Shown here: piece by piece, positions 25,816 to 33,492 of the stretch | Layout: each line of letters opens with the position of its first letter | Position numbering within the stretch: the first letter of the stretch is position 1 | From: Spirochaetota bacterium | GTDB taxonomy: Bacteria; Spirochaetota; Spirochaetia; Treponematales; UBA12059 | Assembly (NCBI GenBank): GCA_031402655.1 | Contig: JANNSO010000119.1 | Span: forward strand, 72,764 to 136,763 | Reading direction: 5' to 3' | Length of the DNA stretch: 64,000 nucleotides | Position numbers and translations under genes: made by a program | Notes under the pieces: generated by a model | The model's input: the letters and a program-made list of their open reading frames with translations, nothing else | Database searches by the model: none | Told to the model about the DNA's origin: nothing

Positions 25816-27603
25816 ATGTTCCCTGGAGGACGCTCCGTGAGCGATGTTCAATCTATTCTTTCTGAGGCTTTTTCTCATGCCATCGCTGCTGCTTACGGCG
25901 ACGAATATAAAAACTGCGACCCGCTCCTGCGAGCGTCCGGCGATGCGGCTTTCGGGGACTGGCAGGCGAACTTCGCCATGAGTCTGGCCAAGCGCATGGG
26001 AAAGAATCCGCGCCAGGTGGCCGAAACGGTGCTGAGCAAACTGGCTGTGGCCGATATCGCCGAATCGGTGGAGATTGCCGGTCCTGGCTTCGTGAACATC
26101 CGGCTGTCCGGGGATTTCCTTGACCGCAGCATTACCCGGATAGCATTGGATCCCCGTAAAGGTGTCGCAAGAATCGACAAGCCCATCGTTATCGTAGTGG
26201 ATTATTCTGCGCCCAACGTAGCCAAGGAAATGCATGTGGGGCACATTCGTTCCACCATTATCGGTGATGCATTGTCCCGCCTGTTCGAGTTCCAGGGGCA
26301 TACCGTCCTTCGCAGGAATCACCTGGGAGACTGGGGGCTGCAATTCGGCCAGCTCATCGAGCACATGGTGGACCAAAAGCTCACGGACGCAAGTGCCGCG
26401 CATGCCATCGGCGATCTCAATGAGCTGTATAGAGCCTCAAAAGCGCGCATGGACGGCGAAAGCGAATTCGCCGCCCGAGCGGGCAGGCGCGTCGTCTCCC
26501 TTCAAGCCGGCGATCCGGAGACCCTGAGGCTCTGGCATCTGCTCATCGACGAGTCCAAGCGGCACTTCCAGCAAATTTACGCGGTCCTGGGCGTAGGACT
26601 CGAGGAAAGCCACTATTACGGAGAAAGTTTTTATAACGACATGCTCGCGCCCGTCACCGAAGAGCTGCTCGCCTCGGGTGTCGCGCTTGTGAGCCAGGGC
26701 GCTGTCTGCCTGTTTCCCCCCGGATTCAAGGGAAAGGACGGAGAACCCGTTCCGCTCATCGTGCGGAAGAGCGACGGCGGCTACGGCTACGACACCACCG
26801 ACCTGGCGGCCATCCGCCATCGCGTGCGCGACTTGGGCGCCTCACGCATCGTGTACGTCGTCGACGCGCGCCAGAAGCATCATTTCTCCATTTTATTTTC
26901 CGGAGCCAGGCTGGCGGGCTACCTTCCCGAAGGCGTCCTGGCGGAGCATGTTTCCTTCGGCTCGATACTTGGAGACGACGGCAAGCCGTTTAAGAGCCGC
27001 TCGGGCGACGTCGTGCGCCTTGGCGACCTGATGGACGAAGCGCTTTTGCGAGCCAAGGCCATAGTGGACGAGAAGTCACCCGGCGTGCCGGAGGACGAGC
27101 GCAGGACAATAGCGCGCGCCATCGGAATCGGCGCCCTCAAATACGCGGACCTCTCCAACGATCGCGTCAAGGATTATGTATTCAACTGGGAAAGAATGCT
27201 GGCCTTCGACGGCAATACCGCTCCGTACTTGCAAAATGCATATGTTCGCATCCAGGGAATATTCCGCAAGGCTGCCGAGGCGGGTTTCGATTTTTCCGCG
27301 GCACCCGATGCCCCCGGTGCACCGATAAGACTTGGAATGCCCGAGGAACGCGCTTTGGCTATTGAGATACTCAAGCTCCCTGATTTGATAAACCAGGTGT
27401 CGCATAGCCTGGAACCGCACCGCCTCTGCACCTATCTGTACGGACTCGCTTCCCTGTTCCACGGTTTCTACGAAAAGTGCCCGGTAATGAACGCCGAGGA
27501 CGAAACCACCAAGCGAAGTCGCTTGGCATTATGCAAATTGGTAGCCGAGACGCTAAAACTCGGGCTGTCGCTTCTGGGAATCGATGTCATGGACCGGATG
27601 TGA
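25816..27603 (+). CDS. argS: arginine--tRNA ligase
   Basis: 595 aa. Class-I HIGH variant (NVAKEMHVGHIRST), an ArgRS N-terminal additional domain, and a C-terminal anticodon-binding domain ending in the invariant M. The exact start is uncertain. Confidence 0.92.
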   Translation: MFPGGRSVSDVQSILSEAFSHAIAAAYGDEYKNCDPLLRASGDAAFGDWQANFAMSLAKRMGKNPRQVAETVLSKLAVADIAESVEIAGPGFVNIRLSGDFLDRSITRIALDPRKGVARIDKPIVIVVDYSAPNVAKEMHVGHIRSTIIGDALSRLFEFQGHTVLRRNHLGDWGLQFGQLIEHMVDQKLTDASAAHAIGDLNELYRASKARMDGESEFAARAGRRVVSLQAGDPETLRLWHLLIDESKRHFQQIYAVLGVGLEESHYYGESFYNDMLAPVTEELLASGVALVSQGAVCLFPPGFKGKDGEPVPLIVRKSDGGYGYDTTDLAAIRHRVRDLGASRIVYVVDARQKHHFSILFSGARLAGYLPEGVLAEHVSFGSILGDDGKPFKSRSGDVVRLGDLMDEALLRAKAIVDEKSPGVPEDERRTIARAIGIGALKYADLSNDRVKDYVFNWERMLAFDGNTAPYLQNAYVRIQGIFRKAAEAGFDFSAAPDAPGAPIRLGMPEERALAIEILKLPDLINQVSHSLEPHRLCTYLYGLASLFHGFYEKCPVMNAEDETTKRSRLALCKLVAETLKLGLSLLGIDVMDRM

Positions 27604-27613
27604 CAGCGTGCCG

Positions 27614-27643
27614 TTGACATCCTAGTGGCTTTCATAGTATAAA
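27614..27643 (+). promoter_or_regulatory. strong candidate sigma70 promoter of the rplU-prp-rpmA operon
   Basis: TTGACA (27614..27619), an 18-nt spacer, then TATAAA (27638..27643). Confidence 0.55.
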
Positions 27644-27648
27644 ATCGC

Positions 27649-27800
27649 GCCGGACAACCTTATTTATCGTTGTCGGCACGTCATGAAACCGTTCATGATG
27701 GCGTGCGGCCCGTACGGGTCGTTGTATCGATGTACACGTCGGTCGGCAGGGCTTTTGGTCCGTTTCGGCCTCGTCATACTTACTAAAGAGGTTTACAAGC
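27649..27800 (+). promoter_or_regulatory. structured leader of about 150 nt upstream of rplU
   Basis: At least three stem-loops: GCCGGACAAC...GTTGTCGGC (27649..27677), TCATGAA-ACCG-TTCATGA (27681..27698) and GGCCCG-TA-CGGGTC (27707..27720). The SD AAGAGG lies at the 3' end. Confidence 0.4.
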
Positions 27801-28112
27801 ATGTACGCAGTCGTAGAAGTCAAGGGAAAGCAGTATCGTGCCGAAAAAGGCGCAGTTCTCCGCGTCGATCGCATGGAAGGTGACAAGGGAGCCGCGGTTT
27901 CCTTCGATTCCGTCCTTCTTGTTTCCGGCGATACCATCAAGGTTGGTGCTCCTTATGTAAAAGGCGCTTCGGTCAAGGCGGTTATCCAGGATCAGAACAA
28001 GGGCGACAAGGTCATCGTATTCAAGTACAAGCCCAAGAAAGATTATCGCCGTACCATGGGTCATCGCCAGTGCTACACGATGATCAAAATAGAGGATATT
28101 GTTGGGGCCTGA
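27801..28112 (+). CDS. rplU: 50S ribosomal protein L21
   Basis: 103 aa. MYAVVEVKGKQYRAEKG... is a typical L21 sequence. Confidence 0.95.
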   Translation: MYAVVEVKGKQYRAEKGAVLRVDRMEGDKGAAVSFDSVLLVSGDTIKVGAPYVKGASVKAVIQDQNKGDKVIVFKYKPKKDYRRTMGHRQCYTMIKIEDIVGA

Positions 28113-28122
28113 TGCTCCTTTT

Positions 28123-28470
28123 GTGCGCATACGCCTGCAGCTAGGTCAAGACGGAATTATCCGCCAGGCCGACGCGGTGGGGCATGCGGGCACGGAAGCC
28201 GGCGGCTTCAACGTTGCCTGTGCCGCGGTAAGCGTGCTATTGCGAAGCGCTTACGAAACGTTTGCGCAGTTTAAAGGCGTGGATATAAGCGGGCAGGCTG
28301 GCGCTCCGGGCAATCTTTCGTTTACGGTTCGGCATTTTTTGCCGGAATTAGAACAAAAGATGCGAGGCGCGAGCGATTTTCTACTTGTCGGGCTATCGGG
28401 CGTAGAGCGCGAATATCCGGGCAAGATTCAACTTGATATCAGCATTTTTGGAGGCAATTATGGCTCATAA
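28123..28470 (+). CDS. prp: ribosomal-processing cysteine protease Prp homologue (DUF464)
   Basis: The track ORF starts at 28099 (TTG). A GTG at 28123 gives [23 protein letters not shown]...[12 protein letters not shown], with the His and Cys of the Prp dyad. The gene sits between rplU and rpmA, as in Firmicutes. Confidence 0.7.
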   Translation: MRIRLQLGQDGIIRQADAVGHAGTEAGGFNVACAAVSVLLRSAYETFAQFKGVDISGQAGAPGNLSFTVRHFLPELEQKMRGASDFLLVGLSGVEREYPGKIQLDISIFGGNYGS

Positions 28471-28702
28471 GGGAGTTAACGGTCGCGATTCCAATCCCCA
28501 GCACATGGGTATTAAAGCATTCGGCAATCAGACTATTACGGCAGGTTCCATCATCGTTCGCCAGCGCGGCACAAAAGTACACCCGGGCACCAACGTCGGC
28601 TGTGGCAAGGACTACACGCTGTATGCTCTTAAAGATGGCCGCGTGGCTTTCAAAGAATATCGCGGCAGGAAATACGTAAGCATCGAGCCTACGCAGGTTT
28701 GA
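28460..28702 (+). CDS. rpmA: 50S ribosomal protein L27
   Basis: ATG at 28460 is preceded by GGAGG at 6-nt spacing and gives [22 protein letters not shown]...[26 protein letters not shown]. The track ORF (28433, TTG) would add 9 codons that lie inside prp. Confidence 0.92.
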   Translation: MAHKGVNGRDSNPQHMGIKAFGNQTITAGSIIVRQRGTKVHPGTNVGCGKDYTLYALKDGRVAFKEYRGRKYVSIEPTQV

Positions 28703-28733
28703 TACTGTTTCGCGAGATCTTTTCCTTGATATG

Positions 28734-28772
28734 CCGCCGCGACCGGTTTTTCCGGGCGGCGGTGTTTTTTTT
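28734..28772 (+). terminator. rho-independent terminator after rpmA
   Basis: The GC-rich hairpin CCGCCGCGACCGG-TTTTT-CCGGGCGGCGG is followed by a run of nine T. Confidence 0.7.
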
Positions 28773-28802
28773 AAGGCCTTAAGGCCGGCCTGGAGGCCAG
28801 TA

Positions 28803-29834
28803 ATGATTAAATTTGCCGATGAAACAACTATCACGGTTACTTCCGGTAAGGGAGGCAACGGGTGCATAGCGTTCCGCAGGGAAAAATATGTTCCCTTCGG
28901 CGGACCGGCGGGCGGCGACGGCGGCAGGGGCGGCGACGTTATTTTCGAAGTCAGACGGAATCTTCGCACGCTGGCCCACCTGCGATATACTCATTCTTTC
29001 AAGGCTAAAAACGGCCATGACGGCATGGGGCGCAACATGTACGGCCTGGATGGAGACGATGTCGTAATTCCCGTTCCCCCGGGAACCGTGCTTATCAGCG
29101 AGGAAACAGGCGACGTAATTAGGGAATTCCTGTCTGAGAAGGAAGGCCGCTGGGTTTTTCTCAAGGGCGGCAACGGCGGCTGGGGCAATACCCACTTCAA
29201 GTCGAGCACAAACCAGGCGCCGCGCACGGCAATTCCCGGGCAGATAGGCAGATCCATAGACCTTCGGCTTGAATTGCAGCTGATGGCCGACATCGGTTTC
29301 GTAGGCTTTCCCAACGCCGGAAAGTCGAGCCTCCTTGACCGTTTTACGAATGCGCGCCCCAAAATAGCGCCCTATCCGTTTACGACTAAAATTCCCAATC
29401 TGGGCGTGCTCACGGTTGCTGAGCGGGACATAATACTGGCTGATATCCCCGGTATCATAGAAGGAGCGCACGACGGCCTTGGACTCGGGATTCGCTTCCT
29501 CAAGCATATAGCGCGCACGGCGGCTCTTGCCTTTCTAATCGATCTTTCGGACGACAATTACCACGAGGCATTTGGAATCTTGCTCTCCGAGCTTACCAGC
29601 TTTTCGGAAGAACTGGCCGTTAAGCCACGCATCGTTCTTGGAACAAAGCTGGACCTGAGCGAGACCGAAGGGCGATTGGAGGAACTCGCGGCACTGCTGC
29701 CAGGCGAAACGGTTCTTGGAATTTCGGTATTTTCGGGTGTAGGATTGGCGGAGGTATCAAAATCGTTCCTAGAATCGGTGGTAAAATTGGAAAAATTTGA
29801 TTCTCGGGACTCCTGGACCGGGAATCCGCTGTAA
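28803..29834 (+). CDS. obg: GTPase Obg/CgtA
   Basis: The Obg fold starts at MIKFADETTITVTSGKGGNGCIAFRREKY (28803) with a GGAGG SD. Glycine-rich N-domain, then G1 GFPNAGKSS and G3 DIPGII motifs. Confidence 0.95.
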   Translation: MIKFADETTITVTSGKGGNGCIAFRREKYVPFGGPAGGDGGRGGDVIFEVRRNLRTLAHLRYTHSFKAKNGHDGMGRNMYGLDGDDVVIPVPPGTVLISEETGDVIREFLSEKEGRWVFLKGGNGGWGNTHFKSSTNQAPRTAIPGQIGRSIDLRLELQLMADIGFVGFPNAGKSSLLDRFTNARPKIAPYPFTTKIPNLGVLTVAERDIILADIPGIIEGAHDGLGLGIRFLKHIARTAALAFLIDLSDDNYHEAFGILLSELTSFSEELAVKPRIVLGTKLDLSETEGRLEELAALLPGETVLGISVFSGVGLAEVSKSFLESVVKLEKFDSRDSWTGNPL

Positions 29835-29975
29835 GAGGGATGCCATGCTCGAGTCGGAAACCATGACCTTAATTAAAAAGCGCAACGGCTACCGGCCGTT
29901 CGGATACTGCGGGCTACGGCTGCCCCCGTATGAGCGCGCCTTGCACAGCGAATCGGAAACTGGCGGGGTTTTCAG

Positions 29976-31157
29976 GTGAAGCGAATCGTTCTGGATAAAA
30001 GTATTATTTTTTTATTGCTTATCGTAATCCTGGTTGCGGCTTCCGTTGTTTTTATGTCGCTCAAGCTCAGGAGCGATCCTTTTGAACAGGCCGTGGGCGA
30101 TGATCGCATCATGAATATTACGTTTATCGTCGAAAAGCAGGGCAAGCCTATCGCTACCGAAATATTCATGTATTATCCGGTCAACAGCCGCGGTGCCCTG
30201 ATGGACATTCCGGCCGAAACCGGCCTTATCATCAAGTCCCTGAACCGCGTCGACAAAATCGAGGTTCTGTACGATTCAAAGAACCCGCAACGATATCTGG
30301 ATGAAATCAGCGAGCTTACGGGAGCCGTTCTGCCCTGGTATGTCGTAATCGATGAAAAAGCACTGGTCCAACTGGTAGATATCATGGATGGTTTCGAGGT
30401 ATTTATTCCCAACCAGATTATCACCGAGGTCGACAAGCACAAAGTTCTGCTCCCTTCGGGGGCAAACTTGCTGGACGGCAGTAAAATGCGAATTTACGCC
30501 ACGTATCAGGATGAATTCCGTCCAGAGGCCGAAACGGTGGCGAGACGCCAGAACGTAATACATGCTTTGCTGAGCACCCTCGGCAAACGAAGCGACTATG
30601 TGCTTGATAAAAAGGTATTTCCTTCGGTTTTCAGGCGGCTCCGCACCAACCTGCCGCAAAAAGCTCTGGCAAAACTGGTTGAAGGGTTAAAAAGCCTTGA
30701 TACCGAACGGCTTGTCTATCAGCGGCTAACCGGCACGCCGCGAAAAGTTGAAGGTGTGCTTTTGCTTTTTCCGCATTACGATGGAGAGTTGGTTCGGGAT
30801 ATTGTTAGGCAGACATTAAACGCCTTGCTGAATACCGCTTCCTTTTCCGCCGACGAAAAGATTTTTACGCTTGAAATACAAAATGGAACCGCAATCCGCG
30901 GTTTAGCTCAAAAAGCCGCGGATATTTTTCAGAGTTTCGGCTATGACGTCATCGCGGTAGGCAATGCGCCGACACAGGATGAGGAATCTACCCGAATCGT
31001 CAACAGGTATGGGGATAACAATGCCCTTGCCACGATCGCCAACGTAATACGCTGCAAGAAGGTGGAATCAGGCGATTCAGTGTTACCCGGTACCGTACCG
31101 GCTGACTTTGTCATTATTTTAGGGAAGAATTTTAATGGGAGGTATTGTGTCGACTGA
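29976..31157 (+). CDS. LytR-CpsA-Psr (LCP) family protein with a LytR_C-like C-terminal domain
   Basis: 393 aa, GTG start. N-terminal TM anchor, an LCP core (MNITFIVEK...PVNSRGALMDIPAET) and a C-terminal IQNGTAIRGLAQKAADIFQSFGYDV module. Confidence 0.75.
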   Translation: MKRIVLDKSIIFLLLIVILVAASVVFMSLKLRSDPFEQAVGDDRIMNITFIVEKQGKPIATEIFMYYPVNSRGALMDIPAETGLIIKSLNRVDKIEVLYDSKNPQRYLDEISELTGAVLPWYVVIDEKALVQLVDIMDGFEVFIPNQIITEVDKHKVLLPSGANLLDGSKMRIYATYQDEFRPEAETVARRQNVIHALLSTLGKRSDYVLDKKVFPSVFRRLRTNLPQKALAKLVEGLKSLDTERLVYQRLTGTPRKVEGVLLLFPHYDGELVRDIVRQTLNALLNTASFSADEKIFTLEIQNGTAIRGLAQKAADIFQSFGYDVIAVGNAPTQDEESTRIVNRYGDNNALATIANVIRCKKVESGDSVLPGTVPADFVIILGKNFNGRYCVD

Positions 31158-31515
31158 AATTCAAGAAGCCGCGTTTTTATGCGCGCAGGTTCTCGCGGAT
31201 AACAACGGGGGAAACACCCTTGTCATCGATTTGCGAAAAGTTTCCGGCTGGACCGATTTTTTTGTCATAGCTACGGCTACGAGCTCGACGCACATGCGCG
31301 GCCTTGTACGTCATCTGGATGAAATTGTGCATGTGCAGGGCATTTCCCCGCTAAGGCGACCCCGGGCAGCGGAAGACGAGCAGTGGTGCCTGGTTGATTT
31401 CGGAAATTTCGTGGTTCATATAATGAGCACCGAAGCCCGGGCTTTTTATGAACTGGAAACTCTGTGGTCGGAAGGTAAAATTACCGAATTTGCCTTGAAG
31501 CCAAAAGCCGTATAG
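31135..31515 (+). CDS. rsfS: ribosomal silencing factor RsfS
   Basis: 126 aa. The pattern LVIDLRKVSGWTDFFVIATATSSTHMRGL...W.LVDFGNFVVHIM...R.FYELE.LW is typical of RsfS/Iojap. Confidence 0.85.
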   Translation: MGGIVSTEIQEAAFLCAQVLADNNGGNTLVIDLRKVSGWTDFFVIATATSSTHMRGLVRHLDEIVHVQGISPLRRPRAAEDEQWCLVDFGNFVVHIMSTEARAFYELETLWSEGKITEFALKPKAV

Positions 31516-31603
31516 ACGGAAATTCGTTTAATTAATGGCCTGGAGCTTTTCTTCTATGCCGCTCATACCATGAAGTAGAGCGGTTTAAAAGCATATAAGC
31601 AGT

Positions 31604-31915
31604 TTATTCATCAAAGTCGTTGTAGTCTATATCATCCTCGACATCGTATCCTTCGCCTTCCTCTTCAAACTCCTCATCGTCCTCGTCGTCATCGAAGTCA
31701 TCGTCATCCTCGAAATCGTCGTCCTCGTCGCCGAAGTCGTCAAAATCGTCTTCGCTTTCAAAATCATCCTCTTCCTCGAAATCGTCTTCGGCTTCATCTT
31801 CATAATCGTCGAAGAGAATGCAAGGGAGATGGGGAGCCTGTGTAAAGTCTCCAACGTTGACGAGTTCGAGCTCCAAAACGTTGTCAAGCATCGTCGTGTC
31901 CCTAATCGGATCCAT
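31604..31915 (-). CDS. hyper-acidic small protein (DDF-type repeats)
   Basis: 103 aa. GGAGG-like SD (AAGGGAGGATCGAA then ATG). By my count, 49 of the C-terminal 68 residues are D or E. No family recognised. Confidence 0.55.
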   Translation of the reverse strand: MDPIRDTTMLDNVLELELVNVGDFTQAPHLPCILFDDYEDEAEDDFEEEDDFESEDDFDDFGDEDDDFEDDDDFDDDEDDEEFEEEGEGYDVEDDIDYNDFDE

Positions 31916-32167
31916 TTCGATCCTCCCTTATTACAGAAATTAAGCGTTCGTTGTAAGCAATAACGTATATGAAATCTAAAAGAGAGTTTGATACTCTGTC
32001 AACTATATAATTCACTATTTTAGGATATATTTGCGTGATTTATCGTTTTGAGCGAATTCGGTCGTCAATATTCCGGATTAAGCTTGCGCGGAGCAGAGGG
32101 CGGGTTTAGAATCCAGTCGGTAAAATTAGTAAAAATCCTGCGTTGCATTGCCAAGGAGACGAGCCGA

Positions 32168-32449
32168 ATGAATATCACCGACATCCGGATCAGGAGGGTA
32201 AGCGAAGAAGGAAAGCTCAAAGCCTACGTTTCCGTTACCTTTGATGATTGCTTCGTTTTGCACAATATCAAGATAATCGAGGCCAAAACCGGATTTTTCA
32301 TAGCGATGCCGAGCAGAAAGACAAAAGCGGGGGAGCACAAGGATATCGCCCACCCTATATGCCCGGAATTCAGGACGAAACTCCAGGACTCCATCGTTCA
32401 GGCATTTGAGGTTCCTCCTTCCGCAGAGGATATGGACTTGGCGGATTAG
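32168..32449 (+). CDS. spoVG: SpoVG-family nucleic-acid-binding protein
   Basis: [64 protein letters not shown], with an AAGGAG SD. The track ORF starts 120 nt too early. Confidence 0.9.
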   Translation: MNITDIRIRRVSEEGKLKAYVSVTFDDCFVLHNIKIIEAKTGFFIAMPSRKTKAGEHKDIAHPICPEFRTKLQDSIVQAFEVPPSAEDMDLAD

Positions 32450-32583
32450 CCCGGCTTAAACGGTAATTCATTAAAAAAATTGCGTAAAAATTACTTTATC
32501 TCGTATTACCCCCGTGACAAAGTACCTGCTTCCAGGGTATAAACTACGCGCTATCCCAAGAATTTATCTTGGTATATTATTTT

Positions 32584-32655
32584 TGGGACGTAGACAAGCG
32601 GTAAGTCAGCGGTTTTTGGTTCCGCCAATCGCAGGTTCGAGTCCTGCCGTCCCAG
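32584..32655 (+). tRNA. tRNA-Gln (anticodon UUG), no encoded CCA
   Basis: Manual fold. Acceptor TGGGACG/CGTCCCA with U1-A72. D-arm GAC-AAGCGGTAA-GTC. Anticodon arm GCGGT-TTTTGGT-TCCGC (U31/U39 unpaired). T-arm GCAGG-TTCGAGT-CCTGC. Discriminator G. It is colinear with E. coli tRNA-Gln as I recall it. Confidence 0.85.
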
Positions 32656-32691
32656 TGCATACAACACGCAATGAGCGAGGAGAGAATATTC

Positions 32692-33372
32692 ATGAGTCAG
32701 CCCGTATTAACCGCAGGCGCACGCGCCATATCCACTAAAGGTGCCCTGAATTCCCTGAGACGAGAGGGTAAGATTCCTGCCGTCGTGTACAATCGCCACG
32801 GAAAAGCCACGGCTATTTCACTCGACGAGATTGCCTTTTTCAAGGCAACCAAGGGCGTTTCCGAGAGTACCATCGTCAAACTTCTTATCGATGGCAAGGA
32901 AACCGAGTGTTTCATCAAGGATCGCCAGCTCGATTGGCTCAAGGGCAAGCTCGTTCATGTCGACTTTTTCGAAGTTGAAAGCGGTATAAGCATCCGCCTC
33001 AAGGTTTCCATCCACCTGATCGGCTCCCCTGTTGGCGTACGCGAAGGCGGAATCCTTGAAAACCCCGTACACGAAGTCGAAGTCGAATGTCTTCCCAAAG
33101 ATCTGCCCAGCCATTTCGATATTGATGTTTCCGAACTGCATGCAAATCACTCGATCCATGTGCGCGACATAAAACGCACTGAAGGTGTAAAGATTCTCAG
33201 CTCGGCCGATCAGGTTGTGGCACTGGTTAAATTCGCCAAGGCCGATGCGGCAGCCGAAGCTCCTGCAGCCGTCGCTGCTGATGCCGCAGCCCCGGCAGCC
33301 GGTGCAGCTCCCGCCGCCGGTGCGGCTCCTGCAGCTGGCGCGGCTCCTGCGGCTCCTGCAGCAAAAAAATAA
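32692..33372 (+). CDS. rplY: 50S ribosomal protein L25 / general stress protein CTC form, with an Ala/Pro-rich tail
   Basis: Start is MSQPVLTAGARAIS with an AGGAGAG SD (track ORF starts at 32671). The sequence LRREGKIPAVVYN is typical. A second beta-domain is followed by the tail AAPAAGAAPAAGAAPAAGAAPAAPAAKK. Confidence 0.9.
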   Translation: MSQPVLTAGARAISTKGALNSLRREGKIPAVVYNRHGKATAISLDEIAFFKATKGVSESTIVKLLIDGKETECFIKDRQLDWLKGKLVHVDFFEVESGISIRLKVSIHLIGSPVGVREGGILENPVHEVEVECLPKDLPSHFDIDVSELHANHSIHVRDIKRTEGVKILSSADQVVALVKFAKADAAAEAPAAVAADAAAPAAGAAPAAGAAPAAGAAPAAPAAKK

Positions 33373-33397
33373 GACAAGCAACGAATAATGCAAAAAG

Positions 33398-33422
33398 GCC
33401 GTCCTTTACAGGGCGGCTTTTT
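33398..33422 (+). terminator. rho-independent terminator after rplY
   Basis: GCCGTCC-TTTACA-GGGCGGC followed by TTTTT. Confidence 0.65.
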
Positions 33423-33428
33423 ATCATA

Positions 33429-33485
33429 AGGGGACCTCTAAAAACTTCAGTTTTGAGAGCTGCCCATAAGGGGACTTCTAAAAGG
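33429..33485 (+). repeat. repeat family B, copy B3 (degenerate first hairpin plus a local partial duplication)
   Basis: AGGGGACCTCTAAAAACTTCAGTTTTGAGAGC, then CATAAGGGGACTTCTAAAAGG repeats the 5' end of the element. Confidence 0.7.
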
Positions 33486-33492
33486 ACTTTTT

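Noticed and set aside
29797-29979. 60-aa ORF in the obg-to-LCP gap.
   Set aside because: It overlaps the obg 3' end, has no SD and no motif, and sits barely at the length cutoff.
31916-32167. AT-rich 250-nt divergent region between the acidic-protein gene and spoVG, considered as a possible origin-like or mobile-element scar.
   Set aside because: There are no DnaA-box clusters, direct repeats or integrase remnants. It is most simply two divergent promoters.
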